From Candidatus Levyibacteriota bacterium (GTDB lineage Bacteria > Patescibacteriota > Microgenomatia > Levybacterales > UBA12049): 64,000 nucleotides of DNA. Below are positions 20,082 to 29,561 of the stretch, piece after piece (position 1 is the first letter of the stretch; each line of letters begins with the position of its first letter). The stretch lies in NCBI GenBank assembly GCA_052034235.1, contig JBPOIT010000011.1:118719-182718 (forward strand), in the 5' to 3' direction. The notes under the pieces were generated by a model. It ran no database searches. It saw only the letters and a list, made by a program, of their open reading frames with translations, and was not told the DNA's origin. The translations under genes and the position numbers were made by a program.

Positions 20082-21644
20082 ATGATGCTTTTTACAAAAA
20101 AGAATGTATTTTTAGGACTTGTCGCAGTACTGGCGCTTAGTATCCCAATTACCGTCGGCATATTACAGCAGCAACAAGAAACTCGAGGAAGGGCTTCTGC
20201 TTCAACCTCTCTCGCTTTCACACCCACAACATCAACAACTGCCCCTATACAAAAGAAAATGGGAGAAACTATTTCACTCGATTTAATCGTCACCCCAAGT
20301 AACAATCTCGTTACCTTTGTGAAATTTGAACTAAAATATGACCCTACCAAACTTGAACCTGTGGGTACTGATCCGTTTACGCTCAACACGAGCGCTTTTG
20401 TTTCAAAAGACGGGCCAGTGATCACATCAGGCAGACTGATTGCTTCAGCTTCTGTCGGTTCAGATCCGACAAAAGCAATTCAAAAACCAACAAAAGTAGG
20501 GACCATTCTCTTTCGGGCTATTGGAGGAACGGGTAGTTCTCCGACGACGATTACCTTTGAGAATCTCACCCAAGCACTTTCTTCAGCGACAACAGATCAA
20601 GCTTCTGAAAATGTTATCTCAACAACATCCCCTGCGCATATCCTTATCGCAAATAATATCCAAGCATGCACAAGTAATAAATATAAAGCCGAAATGACAG
20701 CAGGACAGGAAGTCCCTACCAACACAAGTTCTGCTAGTGGAACGACAACACTTTCTCTCCTTGCTGAAAGCAAGGCAGATGCTACAACTACTGTCAAAAA
20801 TCTACAGCCTGGCGATGTAACTGGTATGTTCATCTATAGCCCTGCATCAGCTAGTGCTAAAGGCGCACAAAGAGTAACGCTTTATGCCACTGGGACATTT
20901 GCGAATCCTCATACAGCTAATGACGTTTTTATTCCTGAGGATGTACTGAATGATATTAATAGTGGTAATGCTTATGTTGGAATTACTACCAAACAATACG
21001 CAAATGGGGAGATTCGCGGAAAACTGACATGCGTCACAGGAGGTGGCAATGAAGAAACAAATCTTAATTTCGAACTTCTACTCCATGGCATCGGTTCAGC
21101 CGGAGATAATCCTAATCCAAGCGGGAGTTCTCTAAGCAATAAAAATCCATTACACCCTCAACGAAATCTTCAACTCGAGATATATGATGTTGATAACAAA
21201 CTTGTGACAAGTGTTTCTGGAGACCTTTCTCTTAATTACGAAGTTAACGGCGGAATCTTTAAAGGGTCATTGAGCCTTGGAACCAATTTCCAGGAAGGAA
21301 ATTACAATTTGAAAGTAAAATCAGACAGGTATCTTAAACGACGTGTCCCCGGCATTATTCAAATTAAACCAAAATCAGATACACGTGTTCCGAAAATTGA
21401 TTTAGTAGCGGGTGATATTAATAGTGATAATACGCTTAATGTTCTGGACTACAACGCACTTCTTGATTGTGGTTACGGCGAAATTGAACCACTCCCAATG
21501 GCAGATCCAAATGCAATTTTTAACAAAACAGAATGTCAGGCACATACACCTGCTGAGCTCATTGATCTTGATGATAACGGCATCATAAATGGACCTGATT
21601 ATAATCTGTTTATACGTGAACTTTCGGTTCAGAATGGTGACTAG
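20082..21644 (+). CDS. Surface protein with, in order, signal/TM, cohesin-like module, CHRD domain, beta-sandwich and dockerin-type double Ca-binding repeat
   Basis: The CHRD signatures are AGQEVP…YVGITTKQYANGEIRGKL. The dockerin-like segments are AGDINSDNTLNVLDYNALL and DLDDNGIINGPDYNLFIRE. The N-terminal module is shared with 25420, 27757 and 28932. Confidence 0.6.
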   Translation: MMLFTKKNVFLGLVAVLALSIPITVGILQQQQETRGRASASTSLAFTPTTSTTAPIQKKMGETISLDLIVTPSNNLVTFVKFELKYDPTKLEPVGTDPFTLNTSAFVSKDGPVITSGRLIASASVGSDPTKAIQKPTKVGTILFRAIGGTGSSPTTITFENLTQALSSATTDQASENVISTTSPAHILIANNIQACTSNKYKAEMTAGQEVPTNTSSASGTTTLSLLAESKADATTTVKNLQPGDVTGMFIYSPASASAKGAQRVTLYATGTFANPHTANDVFIPEDVLNDINSGNAYVGITTKQYANGEIRGKLTCVTGGGNEETNLNFELLLHGIGSAGDNPNPSGSSLSNKNPLHPQRNLQLEIYDVDNKLVTSVSGDLSLNYEVNGGIFKGSLSLGTNFQEGNYNLKVKSDRYLKRRVPGIIQIKPKSDTRVPKIDLVAGDINSDNTLNVLDYNALLDCGYGEIEPLPMADPNAIFNKTECQAHTPAELIDLDDNGIINGPDYNLFIRELSVQNGD

Positions 21645-21647
21645 TAT

Positions 21648-23624
21648 ATGAAATATTTCCAAAAAAGAAAAAAACTTATTCCCTTAGCTATTTTTATAGC
21701 CCTTTATCTCCTCGTTCTTGTGCCGCTTATCGTATTCAACTTGCAGCAGCGCCAAGATATTCGCAGCAAAGCACAGGTCGATCCAACACCTGGTGTGCAG
21801 CTTGCAGCAGTGTGCGGCAATGCATCTTCAGATATCGTCCTTGTGATTGATCGATCAACAAGTATGACCGGACAGAAATTCACTGACGCAAAGAATGCTG
21901 CAAAATTATTTGTCGATATTATCGATCAAGATAATAACAATTCCCGCATAAGCCTTGTGTCATATGCGGGGAACTCAACAATTAATACACCTATGACAAA
22001 TAACTTTACTTCTATTAAAACCGCGATCGACGGGTTACAACTTCAATCAGGAACTTGTATTCAATGTGCTGTTAAATCAGCAATTCAAACAATCGCAAAT
22101 AACCCTGGAGCAAACAAAAAAGTAGTTGTTTTGTTAACTGACGGACGTGCAAACCGTGTTGATGGCAATTCAACGAGCGAAACAGTCGCAGAACAAGCTA
22201 CATTAACGGCTGTGACAAACGGTCCAGCTATGCCCTACTTTACCATCGGCCTTGGATCTGACGTAAATACAAACCTTCTTCAAAATATAGCAGCAAAATT
22301 TGGAGCAAAGTACTACTTCCCTCCTACACCTGAGCATTTGAACGCAATTTATAAAGAGATCTCTGAAATTGTAGGCAAAGGTTCTGTCTCAGGGTTTGTC
22401 TTTGAAGATCTAAATGCAAACGGAGCGTTTGAAAGTACAGAGCCCAAACTACCAAATTGGCAGGTACAGGTCACACAACAAGGCACAGGGACAACGCAAA
22501 CTGTAACAAGTGATAACCTCGGTAACTATTATGCTGCCGGTCTTTGCGATGGATCACACCAAGTAAAACAAGTTGCCCAAACCGGTTGGAGACAGACATT
22601 GCCAACTGATGTTAACGGACATGTTATTACTGTGACCAATGCAAACGCGGTCATAGACAAGAACTTTGGCCAAACAAAAGCGACAAGATGTTCAGATAAG
22701 ATTGATAATGACAATAACGGATTTATAGATGAAAAAGATTCAACCTGTCACACTGATGGTAATCCAAATAATCCGAACTCATACGATCCTAACAAAGATG
22801 GCGAACGTGGTGGAAATACTTGTGCAGATTCAAAAGATAATAATGGGAACGGTTTAATTGATGGTGCAGATCCAGTATGTCATCCAGGTGGCGATATCAC
22901 AAAGCCTTGGGATCCAAACCTTCCAGAGGTTAATCCTACGCCTACGCCAACATTAACACCGACACCAACAAAAGTGCCTACTGGTACGCCAACACCAACT
23001 CCAACGAAAGTCCCAACGGGCACACCTACGCCAACACCAACTGCTGTTCCAACTTCAGTGCCAACACAAGGCTTGACGAGTTTTCAATTGACAGTTTTCC
23101 AGCACGGTATCGGATCAAGTGGTGATAATACAAATGCAGCAAGTTCGCTCAGTAATAAAAATCCTCTCAGAAAAACTGTCCCAGCAGAATTGCAATTATA
23201 TGATCTAAATAATAACCTGATCGGCGCGGGAACAGGCAAAGTGAATTATAACGAACAAACAGGCAATTACATCGGAACTATCAGTATTACACCAAATGTT
23301 TTTACAACTGGAAAATATACACTTAAGGTAAAAACTGAGGGACATTTGAGAAAACTTATGACCGGTATTCAAACAATTGTCGCCGGACAGCATAACACTT
23401 CCCTACCTGCAGTTTCACTGGTGACTGGAGATATCGACAATAATAATGCGCTGAGTATTCTTGATTACAATCTATTGCTTGACTGCTACAGTGATTTGAC
23501 TGTTGCATCAAATTGTTCTGATACCAAAAAGAAAACTTCATCAGATCTTAACGATGACGGTCCTGTTAACCAAATTGACTACAATCTCTTCTTAAGAGAA
23601 ATTGCAACGCAACCTGGAGAATAA
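21648..23624 (+). CDS. Surface protein with, in order, signal/TM, VWA domain, SdrD-B-like domain, two TSP3-like Cys-bracketed Ca-binding repeats, Pro/Thr linker, beta-sandwich and dockerin-like module
   Basis: Has MIDAS DRSTSM…LLTDGRAN, and Ca-binding repeats DKIDNDNNGFIDEKD and DSKDNNGNGLIDGAD. The linker is PTPTPTLTPTPTKVPTGTPTPTPT. The C-terminal module is homologous to those of 20082, 25420 and 27757. Confidence 0.6.
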   Translation: MKYFQKRKKLIPLAIFIALYLLVLVPLIVFNLQQRQDIRSKAQVDPTPGVQLAAVCGNASSDIVLVIDRSTSMTGQKFTDAKNAAKLFVDIIDQDNNNSRISLVSYAGNSTINTPMTNNFTSIKTAIDGLQLQSGTCIQCAVKSAIQTIANNPGANKKVVVLLTDGRANRVDGNSTSETVAEQATLTAVTNGPAMPYFTIGLGSDVNTNLLQNIAAKFGAKYYFPPTPEHLNAIYKEISEIVGKGSVSGFVFEDLNANGAFESTEPKLPNWQVQVTQQGTGTTQTVTSDNLGNYYAAGLCDGSHQVKQVAQTGWRQTLPTDVNGHVITVTNANAVIDKNFGQTKATRCSDKIDNDNNGFIDEKDSTCHTDGNPNNPNSYDPNKDGERGGNTCADSKDNNGNGLIDGADPVCHPGGDITKPWDPNLPEVNPTPTPTLTPTPTKVPTGTPTPTPTKVPTGTPTPTPTAVPTSVPTQGLTSFQLTVFQHGIGSSGDNTNAASSLSNKNPLRKTVPAELQLYDLNNNLIGAGTGKVNYNEQTGNYIGTISITPNVFTTGKYTLKVKTEGHLRKLMTGIQTIVAGQHNTSLPAVSLVTGDIDNNNALSILDYNLLLDCYSDLTVASNCSDTKKKTSSDLNDDGPVNQIDYNLFLREIATQPGE

Positions 23625-23636
23625 AACTTAACGAGT

Positions 23637-25352
23637 ATGAAAAAGGTGAAAAAAAGAACAACTCATCAAATGAAACAAATAAAAAAAATAAAAAATAAGG
23701 ACTCATTTCTAAAGCAAATGATTGGTTTTCGATGGCAAATTGCTGTCGTAGCGCTTTTTGCTATTGTCGCTTTTGTTGCAGTTTACTTCACTTTCCAAAC
23801 CAAAGCTGCAACGGCATGGCCACTTAAAGTGAGTCAAAATGGACGCTACCTCGTAGATCAAAATAATAAGCCATTCTTTTACACAGCAGATACCGCATGG
23901 ACGCTTGTAAACAAACTCACTGCTGCTTCTGCAAAAAAATTAATTGATGTACGTAAAGAGCAAGGATTTAACGCAATTCAGGCAAGTCTGAGCGGATTTG
24001 GAAGAACAATACCAGGCCCACAAGGAACTCCTTTCCAAAATGGTGATTTAACAAAACCCAACGAAGAATATTTTAAAGTAGTTGATGAAATTGTGAAATA
24101 CGCAGAATCGAAAGATATGGTGCTCGTGATGACACCATTTTGGCTCGGAGACAATGGCGGCAAATTTGGTGGAACATTGCCATCAGATGCAGAAATGCAA
24201 AGTTACGCTGCTTTTCTAGGGAACCGATATAAAAATTCTGGTAACATCATCTGGTTTGTCGGTGGAGACGATGCAGCAGACAGCAATGAAGCAGCAATAA
24301 AACTTTTGGGTAGCGCACTAAAAGCTGCTGATCCTAATCATCTTATAACTGCTCATAACGACGCTAAGACTTTCCAATATAAAAATGAATCTTGGTACAG
24401 TTTGTATGCATTCCAATGGAATGCCAATAGTCCGCCATACAGTTATAAAGATGTTGACGATGGCTATAACCAAACTCCGATAAAACCTGTTTTTAACATG
24501 GAGCCTGCGTATGATCCTTCTACGTGTTGTGGAACTGATAAGGATACGACACCACAAAAAAACAGACGAAGCGGCTGGTGGTCAATACTTTCTGGAGCTA
24601 TGGGTGTTGTTTATGGCGGACCACGAGAAGCTTGGAATGCAAGTGAACCATTAAATCTAGATGCTCTTAACAGGGTTCCAGCTACTCACACAGCAAACAT
24701 TCAAAAAATTCTTAGTGTTTATCCATGGGAGAAATTAGTTCCGGATAACAATAAGGATAGCTTTACCGTAGTAACTGGCGGCAGAGGGACATATGACAAT
24801 GATGATTTTGCAACAGCTGCACGCGCAAGCGATGGCAGTCTCATTGTTGCGTATATACCTACTGGAAGAACATTGACTGTAGACATGTCCAAACTATCAG
24901 GTCCAGCAACTGCATCCTGGATAGATCCAACAAATGCTGCAAAAACTGATGCAGGTGCCAATTTGCCAAATAGCGGAACAAAAGATTTTGCTCCACCAAG
25001 TGCCAACGCAGGTGGCGATAGTGACTTTGTCCTTATTCTCACAACAGGTACCACTACCATATCTACAGTCCCAAATGTATCTCAACCGATAACAAGTCCG
25101 CCATATGTATGTCTTGGTCCATGTGTTCCTTCTGTATCACCGGGAGTTTCTATAGTACCAAGTAACGCAGCACCTGTTCCGTCTGAAGATCCACTCGATC
25201 CCGATAACCCGACAGATCCAGATATTAACCCTTCAACACAGCCTAATCCAATAGATGATGGCGACAACAATCAAAAACCGAAAGGCCTCTTTGCACTCAT
25301 CCTGGAGTTCTTCCGAATACTACTCGAATTTCTTCTAAGCCTTTTTAGATAA
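23637..25352 (+). CDS. Putative glycoside hydrolase (DUF4038/GH140-like TIM-barrel) with N-terminal TM and a Pro-rich C-terminal tail
   Basis: The segment WPLKVSQNGRYLVDQNNKPFFYTADTAWTL…EQGFNAIQ… resembles DUF4038-type hydrolases. The C-terminus is Pro/Asp-rich and then hydrophobic. Confidence 0.5.
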   Translation: MKKVKKRTTHQMKQIKKIKNKDSFLKQMIGFRWQIAVVALFAIVAFVAVYFTFQTKAATAWPLKVSQNGRYLVDQNNKPFFYTADTAWTLVNKLTAASAKKLIDVRKEQGFNAIQASLSGFGRTIPGPQGTPFQNGDLTKPNEEYFKVVDEIVKYAESKDMVLVMTPFWLGDNGGKFGGTLPSDAEMQSYAAFLGNRYKNSGNIIWFVGGDDAADSNEAAIKLLGSALKAADPNHLITAHNDAKTFQYKNESWYSLYAFQWNANSPPYSYKDVDDGYNQTPIKPVFNMEPAYDPSTCCGTDKDTTPQKNRRSGWWSILSGAMGVVYGGPREAWNASEPLNLDALNRVPATHTANIQKILSVYPWEKLVPDNNKDSFTVVTGGRGTYDNDDFATAARASDGSLIVAYIPTGRTLTVDMSKLSGPATASWIDPTNAAKTDAGANLPNSGTKDFAPPSANAGGDSDFVLILTTGTTTISTVPNVSQPITSPPYVCLGPCVPSVSPGVSIVPSNAAPVPSEDPLDPDNPTDPDINPSTQPNPIDDGDNNQKPKGLFALILEFFRILLEFLLSLFR

Positions 25353-25419
25353 ATAGTTTAGGAAAACTCATCTTGACAGTCTAAGCCTAAATTCATTATG
25401 CTTACAGTGATACTGTCTT

Positions 25420-27753
25420 ATGTCTTTTTTTACAAAAAAACGATTAGTGCTTGGTGGATTATTTTTACTCGCTATCGTTCTGCCGGTTACTATCCTTTTC
25501 TTTCAAAATCAACAAAATATAAGATCCCGTGCTGATAAAACTGTCGTGCTATCTTATGAACCAGGATCTACGGCAGGCGCTCCCCTTCAAATCCCAGCAG
25601 GAAGTACATTCTCGCTTGATGTCTTTGTTGATCCTGGAGCAAGTGCAGTATCGTATGTCAAAGCAGAACTTGTGTATGACACTGGGAAATTTGAAGCGGC
25701 TGGCGGGTTTATTCCTAACCAGGAAGCATTCTCTCAAGTTATAGAATCAACCGATGCTCCTGGGAAAGTAACTACCACACTTTCTGTAGGATCTGATACA
25801 TCCAAAGCACTTAAGGCTAAAACAAAAATTGGCACAATCTCATTGCGGGCATTATCAACTGTCGCGACCAACTCAGAAGGCACGATTAACTTTGGTGCAG
25901 GTTCACAAGCACTCGCTATAAGTGCCAACAGCTCATTTAACGAAAATGTTATAGCAAATACAGTTCCCGCAGTTATTCGTTTCAATCAACCTTCAAATGT
26001 CTGTGGTAATGCATCAAGCGATACGATGCTTGTTATCGACAGATCTGGAAGTATGGCTGATAAAGAAGGTACGAGTGGTACCAAAATCTCAAACGCAAAA
26101 ACTGCAGCCAGTAACTTTATCGATATCGTTGCAAGAGACGCAGCCAATAAATTCGGCCTCGTTTCATTCGCTACTACCGCTAGTTTGAACAGTCCAATTG
26201 CGAGTGATGCAAACAGCGTAAAATCACAAATAAATTCACTTTCAACCTCATCATATACCTGTATTGAATGCGGGATACTCAAGGCAAATCAGGAAATAGC
26301 CGCAAAGAAACGGGCTGGAACTAAAAATATTGTCATCCTCTTAACTGATGGTCGTGCAAATGTTGTTGAAGGAAATACTGCAACTGCAGCAGAAGCAACA
26401 GCAGAACTTAAAGCGACAAATGCTGCCATAAGCGGATATAATGCCAACGGAACAATCTTTTTTACGATAGGCCTCGGGAAAGATGTTAATTCAGAATTCC
26501 TTACCAAACTTGCAGAAAAAACGGGAGGTCAATACTACTACAGCCCAACAACAGATCAGCTCAACGGCATTTATAATCAAATCTCTCAAATAATCGCCAA
26601 AGGCAGTGTCGCGGGGAACGTCTTTAATGATACCAATGCCAATGGGACACTTGATCAAGGCGAAGAAAACCTCCCAGGTGCAATTGTGCAGCTTCACTCC
26701 TCTACCCAATCACCTCAATCAGTGACATCTGATAGCACAGGGAATTTCGCAATTACTAATCTCTGTGACGGAAACTATACCTTAAAGCAAGTTCTCCAGT
26801 CAGGCTGGAAACAGACTTTCCCGGCAAACAGCGGCGACCATACAATTGCAATCGCAAATGGCAGTGCAATAACTAACAAGAATTTTGGCAACAATAAAGG
26901 TACACGCTGCTCTGATGGGATTGATAACGACGGCAATGGTTTTATCGACACAAAGGATTCTACCTGTCATACAGATGGCGACCCAACGAATCCTAATTCC
27001 TATGATCCTAACAAAGATGGCGAACGTGGTGGAAATACTTGTGCAGACTCAATTGATAACAACAATGACGGCAAGATAGATGGTGCGGATCCAGTTTGTC
27101 ACACGGACGGCGATCCTACAAAACCTTGGGATCCAAACTTGCCTGAGAATGCCAAACCAACACCAACCCCGACTGCGGCACCAACAATTCCTCCACCTGC
27201 AAATGCTGCTCAGTTCAATTTGGATGTCATACTGCACGGTATAGGATCTGGCGGAGACAATGCAAACCCAACTGCAAATAGTTTCAGTAATAAAACGCCA
27301 CTCAACCCTATACAACAAGCATCTATCAGAGTCTTTAACGCAAGTAATCAATTGTTTGCAACAGCTTCAGGCGTTGTCACATACAGTAGTGCAAGCGGCA
27401 GCTATAAAGGTGTGTTAACAGCTGATAAAGCGATCAGTGCAGGACCATATATTATCCGTGTAACTATTGATAAACATCTTACACGCCTTGTCCCGGGAAT
27501 CCAGTCACTTAAAGAAAATGTTGACACATCGATTTCTTCAATTCAAGTTGTAGCTGGAGATATAACCCGCGATAACAGACTCGATATCCGTGATTATAAC
27601 AATATTCTCGATTGTTATAGTGATTTATTGCCGCCTGTTTCTTGTGATGATCCGCAAAAGAAAAAAGATACTGATATTAATGACGACGGCAATGTTGGAC
27701 AATTTGATTACAACTTGTTCCTGCGTGAACTTTCTACACAACCGGGTGAATAA
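25420..27753 (+). CDS. Surface protein with, in order, signal/TM, cohesin-like module, VWA, SdrD-B-like domain, TSP3-like Ca repeats, Pro/Thr linker, beta-sandwich and dockerin-like module
   Basis: Carries the combined architecture of 20082 and 21648: MIDAS DRSGSM…LLTDGRAN, DGIDNDGNGFIDTKD, DSIDNNNDGKIDGAD, and a C-terminal DINDDGNVGQFDYNLFLRE. Confidence 0.6.
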   Translation: MSFFTKKRLVLGGLFLLAIVLPVTILFFQNQQNIRSRADKTVVLSYEPGSTAGAPLQIPAGSTFSLDVFVDPGASAVSYVKAELVYDTGKFEAAGGFIPNQEAFSQVIESTDAPGKVTTTLSVGSDTSKALKAKTKIGTISLRALSTVATNSEGTINFGAGSQALAISANSSFNENVIANTVPAVIRFNQPSNVCGNASSDTMLVIDRSGSMADKEGTSGTKISNAKTAASNFIDIVARDAANKFGLVSFATTASLNSPIASDANSVKSQINSLSTSSYTCIECGILKANQEIAAKKRAGTKNIVILLTDGRANVVEGNTATAAEATAELKATNAAISGYNANGTIFFTIGLGKDVNSEFLTKLAEKTGGQYYYSPTTDQLNGIYNQISQIIAKGSVAGNVFNDTNANGTLDQGEENLPGAIVQLHSSTQSPQSVTSDSTGNFAITNLCDGNYTLKQVLQSGWKQTFPANSGDHTIAIANGSAITNKNFGNNKGTRCSDGIDNDGNGFIDTKDSTCHTDGDPTNPNSYDPNKDGERGGNTCADSIDNNNDGKIDGADPVCHTDGDPTKPWDPNLPENAKPTPTPTAAPTIPPPANAAQFNLDVILHGIGSGGDNANPTANSFSNKTPLNPIQQASIRVFNASNQLFATASGVVTYSSASGSYKGVLTADKAISAGPYIIRVTIDKHLTRLVPGIQSLKENVDTSISSIQVVAGDITRDNRLDIRDYNNILDCYSDLLPPVSCDDPQKKKDTDINDDGNVGQFDYNLFLRELSTQPGE

Positions 27754-27756
27754 CGT

Positions 27757-28881
27757 ATGTCAAAAAAAACGCTTCTCGTGATCGGTCTTGTAGTCGTTGC
27801 ACTCGTAGGTATACCTGCTGCGCTGCTTGTCTCTCAACAGACACAAAATATCCGTTCAAAAGCATCTGGATCAACAACGCTTGCTATTACTCCTGGCACA
27901 ACTGAATCAACACCGTTACAAAAAGGTATTGGTGAAACGGCTTCATTTGAGGTTTGGGTAAAGCCAGGAGATAACATGCCTTCGATGATCAAAATGGAGA
28001 TTAATTATGATGCTACGTACTTTGAAAATACGCCAAATACCTTTACGGTAAATAATGAGGCCTTTCCCGTGACCGTTGAGGGTCCTGTTGTAACTGATGG
28101 AAAAATACTTGTTGCTGTATCGATTGGCTCAGATAGTACAAAAGCAATTCAAAAAGAAACCAAAGTCGGCACACTCACTCTGAAAACAAAAGCAGTCACT
28201 TCTTCCCCCACGAAAATCTCATTGGGTACAATTTCTGAAGTTCTTTCAGTCGCGACAACCGATCAGGCGGCAGAAAACGTGCTTGCGACAACACTCCCCG
28301 CGTTTGTCATCGTTGCAGAAGCCCCGACACCGACAGCAACAACACTCACTTTCACAGCTTTCCTTCATGGCATTGGCAAAAGCGGTGATAATGCCAATCC
28401 AAGCGCTCACAGCATGAGTAATAAAAATCCCCTTCACGAATCACGGCAAATCTTTATTGAGGTTATTAACGATCAAAATATCGTGACAGCTACAAAAGCA
28501 GGAATCCTTACTTATAATAAAGACAATGGTAACTTTACCGGCACTTTTGATTTTGGACAATCATTACCTGAAGGCGACTATATCATAAAATTAAAAGAGC
28601 CAACTCATCTTCGTAAACTTGTCGACGGAATCATATATATTAAACCCCAGCAGAGCAATCAAATTCCGGAGGTCGCCTTTGTTGCAGGCGATGTGAATAA
28701 CGATAATACACTCAATATACTTGATTATAATATCATTTCCGGCTGTTACAGTGATTTACTTCCCGCAGTTGCCTGTGACGATCTCAAAAAAGAAATCTCA
28801 GATTTAAATGACGACGGGAAAGTAAACCAATACGACTATAACCTTTTCCTCAGAGAAATCATTGTCCAATATGGCGGATAA
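27757..28881 (+). CDS. Surface protein with signal/TM, cohesin-like module, beta-sandwich and dockerin-like module
   Basis: The N-terminus is homologous to 20082 (…GSDSTKAIQKETKVGTLTL…ATTDQAAENV…). The C-terminus has AGDVNNDNTLNILDYNII and DLNDDGKVNQYDYNLFLREI. Confidence 0.6.
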   Translation: MSKKTLLVIGLVVVALVGIPAALLVSQQTQNIRSKASGSTTLAITPGTTESTPLQKGIGETASFEVWVKPGDNMPSMIKMEINYDATYFENTPNTFTVNNEAFPVTVEGPVVTDGKILVAVSIGSDSTKAIQKETKVGTLTLKTKAVTSSPTKISLGTISEVLSVATTDQAAENVLATTLPAFVIVAEAPTPTATTLTFTAFLHGIGKSGDNANPSAHSMSNKNPLHESRQIFIEVINDQNIVTATKAGILTYNKDNGNFTGTFDFGQSLPEGDYIIKLKEPTHLRKLVDGIIYIKPQQSNQIPEVAFVAGDVNNDNTLNILDYNIISGCYSDLLPAVACDDLKKEISDLNDDGKVNQYDYNLFLREIIVQYGG

Positions 28882-28931
28882 TATCAATAGTCTGCTCGAC
28901 AAAACAAGCTCCTAGATATTACAATAGAGGC

Positions 28932-29561
28932 ATGTCAAAAACCTCAGTCGCGCTTATTGTACTTTTTTTTATCTCTCTAACAACACTGCTCATATTGAAT
29001 GCAAAATATTCTTCAAACCCTGTCTTACCGTCATTTCCTAAAATGTTTCCGACCCAAACAGTTATTTCAGAAAGTACGCTTTCTCTTTCTCCAACAATCC
29101 TTAACGTACAACCAGGCAAGCGAACATCGCTGCAAATAATAATTGAAAATAGTGGACAAAAGCCCTCACTTATCCAAATGGAACTCGCGTATGATCCTTC
29201 CGTTATCAGTAACGTTTCATTTATCCCAGGATCGTTTTATCAAAATCCAGATGTCCTACTCACAACCGTTAACGCAAGAAATGGCAGAATTTCTTATGCT
29301 ATCGCTCCAAGTAAAGGCCAAGAAGATACAACGGGTTCAAATGTCGTCACAACGCTGATGTTCACTCCCCGACTAACCACGAGACAAACAACTATCTCCT
29401 TTATGCCAAAAACCCTTGTGCAAACTGAAGAGACAAAAAATACGTTAAAAACAACATTTGGAGCAACAATAAAATTACAATCTGGATTTGAACCTGTTCC
29501 TGCATCTCCTTCTGCGATTATTCAACCTGAAGTACCGTATCAATTACCTACTGCGTTTTGA
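28932..29561 (+). CDS. Membrane-anchored cohesin-like single-module protein
   Basis: Has an N-terminal TM, then a module matching the N-terminal modules of 20082, 25420 and 27757 (SLQIIIENSGQKPSLIQMELAYDPSVI…). No C-terminal dockerin segment is present. Confidence 0.45.
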   Translation: MSKTSVALIVLFFISLTTLLILNAKYSSNPVLPSFPKMFPTQTVISESTLSLSPTILNVQPGKRTSLQIIIENSGQKPSLIQMELAYDPSVISNVSFIPGSFYQNPDVLLTTVNARNGRISYAIAPSKGQEDTTGSNVVTTLMFTPRLTTRQTTISFMPKTLVQTEETKNTLKTTFGATIKLQSGFEPVPASPSAIIQPEVPYQLPTAF

